Source of the DNA: an uncultured virus (IMG/VR IMGVR_UViG_3300021962_000072)
Lineage: Duplodnaviria > Heunggongvirae > Uroviricota > Caudoviricetes
Direction: 5' to 3' (one strand)
Virus record (IMG/VR): IMGVR_UViG_3300021962_000072
Coordinates: 1 to 64,000 of that record
Length of the DNA stretch: 64,000 nt
The notes beneath the pieces are model-generated. The model saw nothing but the letters and a program-made list of their open reading frames with translations. It was not told the origin of the DNA and did not search any database. Both the position numbers and the translations under genes were made by a program. Positions 56,723 to 64,000 of the stretch are shown here, one piece after another; position 1 is the first letter of the stretch, and each line of letters opens with the position of its first letter.

Positions 56723-57614
56723 AGATGAATTAAAAAAGTATGTTGCTGAATCCGGACTGGTAAACATGAAGTCTGCCGGAGATGGCATTTATGTCCTAAA
56801 GTACAAGAAAAAAGTTTTCTACGATAACTTATGGAACGAATACATTGCCGAATGCCGTGGATCCATTGTGGACAAGGATTTCAACTTGGTTGCTTATCCA
56901 TTTACAAAGATCTATAACTATGGTATCGAAAAGGAAGCACCAGTGCTTGCTCCAGATACTAAGGTTACAGCATTCCGAAAGGTTAACGGCTTTATGGTTG
57001 TCTGCACTTGGTACAATGGAGACGTATTAGTGTCTACTACTGGCAGCACTGACAGCGACTTTGTTACCATGGCCAAAGATAGAATGCTGCAACATATGTC
57101 CTGGCCAGATTGGCAATTGGCGTTTTCTACTGCCGACATGCAAGGCCTTACTGTTATGTTTGAATGTGTACATCCGTTGGATCCACATATTATTCCAGAA
57201 TCGTCAGGTATGTATGTGCTAGGATATCGTGAAAACGAATGGGGTAGTCGAGTAGGTCACGATCCTTTTGTACTGCAAGACCTGAGTCGTATGTTCAACT
57301 GTTTCGTTCCAGAAAGCGTAACAACGTCAATGGAACGTCTAGAACAAATGGCCAAGGAGTGCAGGCACGAAGGTTATGTATTCTACACAGACGAAGGTAT
57401 TAGTGCTAAGATCAAGTCACCTTACTACTTGACTTCGAAGTGGGTTGCTCGCAATCCACGCACAGACAAGTTAGTAGATTTGAAGAAAGACATCAAGCAC
57501 AATCTAGACGAAGAATACTATCCTCTAGTTGACGCCATACGTGCTAATATAGTAGAATATACAGCAATGGACGAGCAATCTCGTCTGGCTTGGGTAAGGG
57601 AACAATTAGCATGA
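56715..57614 (+). CDS. RNA ligase, T4 Rnl1-like
   Basis: CRG, F.KIYNYG, KVNG (motif I), FE, EGYV and KIKSPYY. Confidence 0.8.
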   Translation: MFKDELKKYVAESGLVNMKSAGDGIYVLKYKKKVFYDNLWNEYIAECRGSIVDKDFNLVAYPFTKIYNYGIEKEAPVLAPDTKVTAFRKVNGFMVVCTWYNGDVLVSTTGSTDSDFVTMAKDRMLQHMSWPDWQLAFSTADMQGLTVMFECVHPLDPHIIPESSGMYVLGYRENEWGSRVGHDPFVLQDLSRMFNCFVPESVTTSMERLEQMAKECRHEGYVFYTDEGISAKIKSPYYLTSKWVARNPRTDKLVDLKKDIKHNLDEEYYPLVDAIRANIVEYTAMDEQSRLAWVREQLA

Positions 57615-57835
57615 AAGATGAAAGTCATTTACCGGTCAGTGAACAAAGTTTAGTTTTCCGCCTTCGTAAGCGGGCAGAGATTAGACGACAGAATCAAGAT
57701 CGAAAATCAGTTCAAGAAGGTAAACCAGATCGAATATCAGATCTTTTAGAAGAAGCTGCCAATGAAATTGAACGTCTTCAAACTAGAAATTCTGAATTAG
57801 GTTGGATGGTCAATCCCGATAGAATGGGACAATAA
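57611..57835 (+). CDS. Hypothetical protein
   Basis: LRKRAEIRRQ...DRISDLLEEAA.EI motif. Confidence 0.65.
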   Translation: MKDESHLPVSEQSLVFRLRKRAEIRRQNQDRKSVQEGKPDRISDLLEEAANEIERLQTRNSELGWMVNPDRMGQ

Positions 57836-57862
57836 TAGGGCACTTTGGTGCCCTATTTTTTT
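57835..57862 (+). terminator. Rho-independent terminator
   Basis: TAGGGCAC-TTTG-GTGCCCTA followed by a T run. Confidence 0.85.
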
Positions 57863-57894
57863 GACTTTTTAGTTTATTAATATATAATTACAAT

Positions 57895-58005
57895 GTGGTC
57901 GTGAGTGGAATATGGTATACCTCCGGTCCGTTGTGATAACGCACTTGGGATGGGGCACAGACGTAGTCGCCGCCTTTGTAGGTTCAAATCCTACCGACCA
58001 CACCA
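57895..58005 (+). tRNA. Aberrant 111-nt tRNA-like RNA with an expanded anticodon arm
   Basis: GTGGTCG/CGACCAC-A-CCA; GTAGG-TTCAAAT-CCTAC; no 7-nt anticodon loop; own TTGACT-16-TATAAT promoter at 57861-57888. Confidence 0.7.
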
Positions 58006-58044
58006 TTCTCTATAATAAGTAGAGAACATATATAAGGAAAAATT

Positions 58045-58239
58045 ATGTCAAATACAGTAGAACAATTAAAATCTCATTTCGAAGCATTCTTAGCAGAAGA
58101 TGCAAAATTTTCAAGTGGTAATGGTGCAGCAGGTACTCGTGCTCGTAAAGCATTACAGGAAGTTGCAAAATTAGTTAAAGCTCGTAGAACAGAAATTACA
58201 GAAGAAAAGAACGCTCGCAAAGAAGCCAAGGCTGCGTAA
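58045..58239 (+). CDS. Histone H1-like (Hc1 family) small protein
   Basis: F..GNGAAGTRARKALQE..KL.K.RR.EI.E.K. Confidence 0.7.
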   Translation: MSNTVEQLKSHFEAFLAEDAKFSSGNGAAGTRARKALQEVAKLVKARRTEITEEKNARKEAKAA

Positions 58240-58240
58240 A

Positions 58241-58708
58241 ATGAGCGATGATAAGATCGAAGACAATGACATTGTTATCGATCTTGGTAACAGTGTCTAT
58301 ACAGGAGAAAGTTATACATTAAGCAGTTCCGGCATAGACACTATTACCATAGATCCTTTATGGAACAACATGGCAACATCGATAACTATACCTACTTCTT
58401 CAACTACTTCTTTTACCGGCGGAAATTATACTATCGCTGGCAGTAATGGATACACCTGGTCAAATAGCGGTCTTGGTATCAATAATAATGCAAACGTTGT
58501 AATTACCCAAGGCGGAATGGAAATCAAGGACGGTGATATAAAAATAGGCGAAAGAAGTTTAACAAAATTTATGGAACAAATGGAACAGAGATTGTCAATA
58601 CTTGTTCCCGATCCAGAAAAATTAGAACAGTTCGAAGCACTTAAGAAAGCATACGAACATTACAAAACGATGGAAGCATTGTGCTTCCCTGATAAGAAAG
58701 ACAAATAA
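58241..58708 (+). CDS. Hypothetical protein
   Basis: 155 aa; S/T-rich N-terminus; C-terminal ALKKAYEHYK. Confidence 0.7.
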   Translation: MSDDKIEDNDIVIDLGNSVYTGESYTLSSSGIDTITIDPLWNNMATSITIPTSSTTSFTGGNYTIAGSNGYTWSNSGLGINNNANVVITQGGMEIKDGDIKIGERSLTKFMEQMEQRLSILVPDPEKLEQFEALKKAYEHYKTMEALCFPDKKDK

Positions 58709-59392
58709 ATGAATGTACGATTGGTCTCCTATTCACAACCAACAGAGGAATTTGCAAACTTGGGCATCGACGATGCGCAGGAACTCATTGCGTATTGCGC
58801 CCGTGTCAGCAATCCCTCAAACCAGCTCAATACAGAGACAAGTGAAAAACTCATCAGATACCTGGTCAAACACGCACACTGGAGTCCACTTGAAATGGTC
58901 TCAGCCTGCGTTGAAATCGAAACCACAAGAGACATCGCAAGACAAATCTTGCGACACAGAAGTTTCTCATTCCAAGAGTTCAGCCAACGATATGCTGACC
59001 CTACTCGAGACCTCTCGTTTACTATTAGAGAAGCAAGATTACAAGATCCAAAAAATAGACAGAACAGTGTCCCTCTGGACGGCACACTTGGCCATGCAAT
59101 CATACAAGATGAATGGAGAGATAGACAACTCGAACTCATCAGAGTCGCCAAGGAAACATACGAATGGGCTATATCTAAGGGCATAGCTAAAGAACAAGCC
59201 CGTGCGGTGCTGCCAGAGGGATTAACTGTGAGTCGTCTATACATGAATGGTACCTTACGTAGTTGGGTTCATTTTATTGAACTGCGTTCTGGAAACGGTA
59301 CACAAAAAGAGCATCAATTAGTTGCTCTTGCCTGCGCCAAAGCTATCGCTGCTATATTTCCTATGAGCGAGAGTTTAATCAGCAATGACTGA
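58709..59392 (+). CDS. thyX: FAD-dependent thymidylate synthase
   Basis: HWSPLE, RQILRHRSFSFQEFSQRY, EQARAVLP and LR...TQKE. Confidence 0.95.
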   Translation: MNVRLVSYSQPTEEFANLGIDDAQELIAYCARVSNPSNQLNTETSEKLIRYLVKHAHWSPLEMVSACVEIETTRDIARQILRHRSFSFQEFSQRYADPTRDLSFTIREARLQDPKNRQNSVPLDGTLGHAIIQDEWRDRQLELIRVAKETYEWAISKGIAKEQARAVLPEGLTVSRLYMNGTLRSWVHFIELRSGNGTQKEHQLVALACAKAIAAIFPMSESLISND

Positions 59393-59768
59393 AGAATTAA
59401 AAGATTTCTGTCAAAATTACGAGGTTCGTGTCCTGAACGACCAAAAACGCAGGGCACGATATCACCCTCCCAGATTCTTTACAGAACCAGAACGTGCTGA
59501 CATCATCCGAAATGACATTGTAGAATACGAAACTGAAAAAGTCATTACTTTAGAAATACCAGAAGGTAGACTACGCACTCTTATAGAAATGGAGCGCAGA
59601 TTCTTTAGATGGCAACGGCACAGTCAGGGTGAGGTCGATATGTTCCAAACTTTAATGGACAAAGAAAGAGAAGAAGCACACTATCGTAATACCAATCCTG
59701 CTGTACAAAAAGCCTACGAACAATATTCTGTAATGCTTAATCTAGCCGGATATCAAAGAAAATTTTGA
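59385..59768 (+). CDS. Hypothetical protein
   Basis: 127 aa. Confidence 0.7.
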   Translation: MTEELKDFCQNYEVRVLNDQKRRARYHPPRFFTEPERADIIRNDIVEYETEKVITLEIPEGRLRTLIEMERRFFRWQRHSQGEVDMFQTLMDKEREEAHYRNTNPAVQKAYEQYSVMLNLAGYQRKF

Positions 59769-59785
59769 ATCAAAATTCATAAGTA

Positions 59786-59814
59786 TTGACAGGTTTTAAA
59801 AAATATCTTATAAT
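59786..59814 (+). promoter_or_regulatory. Sigma70-type promoter
   Basis: TTGACA-17-TATAAT. Confidence 0.8.
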
Positions 59815-59823
59815 TACTTTACT

Positions 59824-60633
59824 ATGAGAAATTACTGGACTTGTTCAAAATTTGCAGACTGGATCCGCGGGACCACAAAACTAAAGTGTGGCACCGGAAA
59901 AGAATGGGCTGAGTGGGAGAAAGCTGCCAAAGCCAGATATCCTTTCCGTTGGTGGTTAGCTGAAGAAGGTCTCGACTACATCCAAGACGTTTGGATGTTC
60001 ATTCCTGATAGGATTAATGATGTTCGCTACTATATTAACAATCGTTGGATTACCCGTACTCATGCTCTTACTGCCCATCCTAGGGACATTAAGCCTGGCG
60101 AATGGCGTGATGTGGGAAATCGTTTTCTTCCCTGTCTTTTTAACGAGCTTGTGGATTTCGTCGAGATAGAACAGGCGTGGCATCACTGTGTATGGGACGA
60201 AGAAGCCCGTAAAAAGCACAGCTATCCCTGGTGGCGTCGTTGGTATCGAAACTGGCGGTGTCCAGAAGCTGGCATTGCTTATCTAAATTGGGCAAAGACT
60301 CTAACTAACAAAGAGTTCATCCAAGAAGGCGAACAGGAAGAACCTACATATCAAGCCAAAGCTGCTAAAGAAATCTTAGAGCTCTATACCTGGTGGAAAG
60401 AAATTTATCCAAATCGTCCAGATGTTCACGACGCTAGCGGTTGGACTGCTTACTGTAATCTTCGCCGCGAAAAAGGTTATCATCTTTTAGATATGGAAGA
60501 TAAAACTCCCGAAATGGCAGAAATGTGTAATACTGCCCTTAATAAAACCAGAGAGCTTGAAGAAGCATACAATAAAGAAGATGAAGAAATGATGATCCGT
60601 CTTATTAAAATTCGCGAATCGTTATGGACTTAA
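59824..60633 (+). CDS. Trp-rich phage hypothetical protein
   Basis: 269 aa, ends RLIKIRESLWT. Confidence 0.75.
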   Translation: MRNYWTCSKFADWIRGTTKLKCGTGKEWAEWEKAAKARYPFRWWLAEEGLDYIQDVWMFIPDRINDVRYYINNRWITRTHALTAHPRDIKPGEWRDVGNRFLPCLFNELVDFVEIEQAWHHCVWDEEARKKHSYPWWRRWYRNWRCPEAGIAYLNWAKTLTNKEFIQEGEQEEPTYQAKAAKEILELYTWWKEIYPNRPDVHDASGWTAYCNLRREKGYHLLDMEDKTPEMAEMCNTALNKTRELEEAYNKEDEEMMIRLIKIRESLWT

Positions 60634-60794
60634 CTCCAAAAACTCCTAGTAGATTCCGGGCGTGGGTTTATCAACTTTGGATAGAAAACTCCGAAGAACA
60701 TTTGACATATGGCGAATCCCCATATAAAATAAAAGAGTATTGGGCCAAACACAAGTATTGGCTTAAACACCAATTTAAGAAAGCATTACAATGA
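60624..60794 (+). CDS. 56-aa hypothetical protein (MDLTPKTPSRFRAWVYQLW...), not in the ORF track
   Basis: Fills the gap; ATGA overlap with the next gene. Confidence 0.6.
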   Translation: MDLTPKTPSRFRAWVYQLWIENSEEHLTYGESPYKIKEYWAKHKYWLKHQFKKALQ

Positions 60795-61066
60795 CTGATG
60801 AAAAGAAAGAAACCAAGGTTGTATTTGCACCCGGTTGCTTCGATCACTTCGAGGGAACCCAAGAAGAACTCAACGAGCTTGTTAAAGATATTCAAAAAAT
60901 GTTCGAAGGAAAAACACACGAAGAAATTAAATCTTCTGGTAGGATGGTTGATCCGGATGATCTCCCCCCTGAAATTCTTGCACAGTTAGCTGAACATTTT
61001 TTTGACGAAGAAGAATTAAACGAATTAGAATCCATGGGTATGCCACGGAATAGGAAACTGCAATGA
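60791..61066 (+). CDS. Acidic hypothetical protein
   Basis: FAPGCFDHFEGTQEEL. Confidence 0.7.
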   Translation: MTDEKKETKVVFAPGCFDHFEGTQEELNELVKDIQKMFEGKTHEEIKSSGRMVDPDDLPPEILAQLAEHFFDEEELNELESMGMPRNRKLQ

Positions 61067-61452
61067 AATTACAAACACCTGCGGAAGGTATTCTTAAAAA
61101 GAACGAATGGGGTGATTCAAAAATGTATCACGTAGTCTGTGACTGTGGTGCAGATTGGCATACTCACGATCTTTGGATAGAGGCTGAAGATGTAGGTGTT
61201 ACTGTAACGATCTATTCAACTGTAAAAAGTCCTTGGTGGTCAATGAATCGATTTAAACAGATTTGGACTTTACTTACTAAAGGTTATCTACAACAGGAAA
61301 CAGTTCTTACTATGTCCGAACAGACTGCATTGAACTATGCAGAAACTTTAAAATCATCTATTAAAGATGTTAAAGAATTCCGTAATAAAAGACTTTCTAA
61401 AAAAGAAAATATACAAGCTGTAAAAGAAGCAAATGAACAAGACTGTGTCTAA
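61063..61452 (+). CDS. Hypothetical protein
   Basis: CDCG...H motif. Confidence 0.7.
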   Translation: MKLQTPAEGILKKNEWGDSKMYHVVCDCGADWHTHDLWIEAEDVGVTVTIYSTVKSPWWSMNRFKQIWTLLTKGYLQQETVLTMSEQTALNYAETLKSSIKDVKEFRNKRLSKKENIQAVKEANEQDCV

Positions 61453-62029
61453 GAGCCCACAGCGGCACTCCTTTCAAAAAGAAGGGTATGTTAAAAGAAT
61501 GGAGGAAAAAGGTGAACCTCCCAGCGAAGCATACCTAGATTATTTTGAAAAGGTCCTCGACGATCACGATCGTAAATTTGAAGATCCCCAAAGCAGAATC
61601 GACAACATGGAATACGATCTCCTAACCACCGATTGGATCCTGGAAAAAGCTCGTGCTGATGATGCCTATGCCCAAAACTTATATGCGGCAATGTGCAATA
61701 ATGACTTTATCAAAATGGAAGTCGTTCCGATTCTTAGGCAAGATCCAGAGAAAGATTTTTGGAGCGCCTCTTGGCGTTATGCCGGAGGCATCGTTGCCGA
61801 CATGCAACAAAAAGGTGATTACATAGATTGGTACTGTTCAGGTATAAGGGATATCGGAATCTATTCACCTGCTAAAGAAAACGAAGAATTTACCGAAGAA
61901 CAATTAGCCAGAAAGGCTGTTGTTGACAGATACGTGCCGGAAGGCTGTATAACCGACGAGATCCGGAATGATCTCCAACGTCTTGGTTGGGCAGTGGCGC
62001 CCGATGGAGATTGGAAAAAATTTGTTTAA
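61433..62029 (+). CDS. Hypothetical protein
   Basis: YAQNLYAAMCNN, SWRYAGGIVA and GDYIDWYCSG. Confidence 0.75.
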   Translation: MNKTVSKSPQRHSFQKEGYVKRMEEKGEPPSEAYLDYFEKVLDDHDRKFEDPQSRIDNMEYDLLTTDWILEKARADDAYAQNLYAAMCNNDFIKMEVVPILRQDPEKDFWSASWRYAGGIVADMQQKGDYIDWYCSGIRDIGIYSPAKENEEFTEEQLARKAVVDRYVPEGCITDEIRNDLQRLGWAVAPDGDWKKFV

Positions 62030-62052
62030 TTCAAGGAGATAAGTGAGATAAA

Positions 62053-62247
62053 ATGACCTGGGAACTCTATGAGGTCTGGGCCGTTGACGAGGCAGGACAC
62101 GAACAGTTAATCGAAACAACTAAAAGTCAAAAAGAAGCGATGGAACTAGCCGAAAGAACATTAGACGAAGGCTTTACAGAAACAGTGATCTATCGCGAAA
62201 CCGAAGATGGTGATTTGGAAGAATTCCAGAGATTCGTACTTGATTGA
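62053..62247 (+). CDS. Small acidic hypothetical protein
   Basis: 64 aa. Confidence 0.6.
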   Translation: MTWELYEVWAVDEAGHEQLIETTKSQKEAMELAERTLDEGFTETVIYRETEDGDLEEFQRFVLD

Positions 62248-62272
62248 CAGAATGTTTTTTCGAAGTTACACT
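62244..62272 (+). promoter_or_regulatory. Sigma70-type promoter
   Basis: TTGACA-17-TACACT. Confidence 0.6.
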
Positions 62273-62310
62273 AAGTATTATTTTGTTTAACTTAACAACA
62301 GGAGCCTAAA

Positions 62311-63480
62311 TTGGTAACCAAAACAAAGAAGTTGTCTATCGCTGTTCGTGAAAACAAAGGACGTGATCTCAGCCCAAAGTGGGATGGTCACGAAACCTGG
62401 TCAGCTGACGAATTCTCTAAACACTTCCGCCGATCAATGGAATGGTATCGTCTTGAAAAAAGCGGTAAAGAATTAAAACCAAAAGTTATTGATTGGATGG
62501 GTCGTAACGGTTATACTAAAGATCAGATTTCTGCTTTTAAGAAAACTAAAGATAATCGTTGTGGACTTACAATGGGTGCCGTAGCAGCCAATCTTCTTAA
62601 AGGAATGCCCGACCTTCGTCCTGATTTCAATGAGGGTCGTAATACTGATACCTGGTTACGTAATGCTATCCAGAATGTCATTAATGAAGGTCGCGATGAT
62701 GCTGAAGATGAAGAAACTGCAGAACCAGTATCAGCTGTTCCGCAGATCAGTATCCAGGAACGTGTAAGAGAAGCCAGCTATAAAATGGCAGAAGAAATTG
62801 AAGATGCCCTAGAGCTGTTTGCTGAAGATCCTGCAACCTTCGATCCAAAAGCATTTAAAGTTCTTAATCTCCTTAAAGGCAAAGACGCCAAGGCTGCACA
62901 CGCTCGAATTATTCGTGACTTTTATCAACGTCAACACGACGAGTATGTCGAACTACAAGAAGGCAAGTGCGAGCAGCTTAAAGAAGCTTATAGACACCTT
63001 AGCAAAGCAGATGTTAAGAAGATCGTCTCTTTCTATAACGAAATTCTTAGTGCCTGCAATATGCTGATGCAGGAAGCTAAAGTTAATCGCAAGCCACGTG
63101 CCAAAAAGACCGTGAGCAAAGATAAACTTGTAGCTAAAGTGAAATATGCTAAAACTTTTGAGCCGCTGAAACTAGTATCGATTAATCCTGCTGACATTAT
63201 TGGTTCTAAAGAGCTGTGGGTTTACAATACTAAAACACGCAAATTAGGCAAATATGTTGCCAATGAATACATGGAATTGGGTATTAAAGGAACCAGCATC
63301 ACAGGATTTAGCGAAAATCTCAGCGTTCAAAAGACCCTGCGTAAGCCTGAAGAGAAACTCAAAGAGTTTAAATCTGCTGGTAAAGTAGCACTACGAAAAT
63401 TCCTTGAAGATATCAATGCTGTTGATACTAAAATGAATGGTCGTATTAACGAAGAAACTGTGCTGTTAAAAATACAATAA
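62311..63480 (+). CDS. Large-phage hypothetical protein
   Basis: 389 aa; TTG start after AGGAG; C-terminal YNTKTRKL...KTLRKP...NGRIN. Confidence 0.8.
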   Translation: MVTKTKKLSIAVRENKGRDLSPKWDGHETWSADEFSKHFRRSMEWYRLEKSGKELKPKVIDWMGRNGYTKDQISAFKKTKDNRCGLTMGAVAANLLKGMPDLRPDFNEGRNTDTWLRNAIQNVINEGRDDAEDEETAEPVSAVPQISIQERVREASYKMAEEIEDALELFAEDPATFDPKAFKVLNLLKGKDAKAAHARIIRDFYQRQHDEYVELQEGKCEQLKEAYRHLSKADVKKIVSFYNEILSACNMLMQEAKVNRKPRAKKTVSKDKLVAKVKYAKTFEPLKLVSINPADIIGSKELWVYNTKTRKLGKYVANEYMELGIKGTSITGFSENLSVQKTLRKPEEKLKEFKSAGKVALRKFLEDINAVDTKMNGRINEETVLLKIQ

Positions 63481-63501
63481 CAAAGTAATTACTCAGTAAC
63501 C

Positions 63502-63524
63502 AGCGGGCTCCGGCCCGCTTTTTT
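63502..63524 (+). terminator. Rho-independent terminator
   Basis: AGCGGGC-TCCG-GCCCGCT followed by a T run. Confidence 0.85.
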
Positions 63525-63546
63525 ATTGGCTGATAAATACAGTACT

Positions 63547-64000
63547 ATGACCAAACAAACTATTGATTCTATCCTTCAAGATCTCGGAAAACATCTCAAT
63601 AACATAGCAGATAAAGCCGCTCTAGATCCAACACAACTGGTATTAGCTATGCCGAAAAGAGGGCTTACCGGTGATCATATCTCTGGCGGGAAAATCGTAA
63701 ATTTTGCCAGCACAGGAATCAAAGATAGTGCTAAAGATCTAGTTTTACAAGTTAACGACGACGGCATAGTAACAAACAAAATAACCACTTCAGTACTGCA
63801 AGGTCCCGTGACTACAGAAGGCGATCTCACTGTAACGGGAACGATAAAAGCAGCAGTATTGGAGGTTGGAGAAATCAAAGCTGATCTCAAATTAGAAAAG
63901 ACATCTCCATTAGAATTTAAAGCGATCAAAGGTGACAGCCCATACGGAAAAGGGTTGCTTTGGACTGGTTGGGGAATTACTAAGCAATTGGTAATGTCAG
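63547..64000 (+). CDS. Probable virion/structural protein, truncated by the window end
   Basis: ATG 63547 after TAAATA; frame open to the window end; GDLTVTGTIKA beta-rich repeats. Confidence 0.6.
   Translation, partial: MTKQTIDSILQDLGKHLNNIADKAALDPTQLVLAMPKRGLTGDHISGGKIVNFASTGIKDSAKDLVLQVNDDGIVTNKITTSVLQGPVTTEGDLTVTGTIKAAVLEVGEIKADLKLEKTSPLEFKAIKGDSPYGKGLLWTGWGITKQLVMS

Noticed and set aside
58713..59244. Alternative-frame and antisense ORFs over thyX (similar shadows over other genes)
   Set aside because: Fully overlap a well-supported gene and show no independent signals.

Overview
AT-rich, densely coded 64 kb segment of a large tailed-phage (jumbo-phage-like) genome read in the standard genetic code. 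Layout: (1) 1-12.4 kb: small early/accessory ORFs, a holin-like pair, an S11 peptidase, ClpP-like and IF-1 genes, and a lone amber-suppressor tRNA(CUA) next to a structured leader and a gene whose third codon is an in-frame TAG. (2) 12.4-43 kb: a tail-fibre-like gene followed by a ~30 kb enzyme island with 11 radical SAM proteins, about 9 2OG-Fe(II)/cupin oxygenases, an amidinotransferase, an adenylation enzyme, a PLP enzyme, a QueC-like ATPase, sugar-nucleotide enzymes, SGNH proteins and SDRs. (3) 43-54 kb: an RNA-rich island that opens with tandem sigma70 promoters and a 47-aa leader peptide containing all 20 amino acids, coupled to an antiterminator/terminator switch. It continues with a ~0.9 kb GOLLD-like RNA carrying an embedded tRNA, 31 tRNA genes covering all 20 amino acids, and several unexplained structured RNAs. 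(4) 54-64 kb: an RNA-repair/alarmone-hydrolase cluster (CX5R phosphatase, phosphoesterase, HD hydrolase, P-loop kinase, Rnl1-like ligase), an aberrant tRNA-like RNA, Hc1-like and ThyX genes, and the start of a probable virion gene. The best candidates for undescribed systems are the all-20-amino-acid attenuator heading the tRNA island and the suppressor-tRNA/amber-gated gene cassette. All calls come from reading motifs and base-pairing by eye; no searches or folding programs were run.
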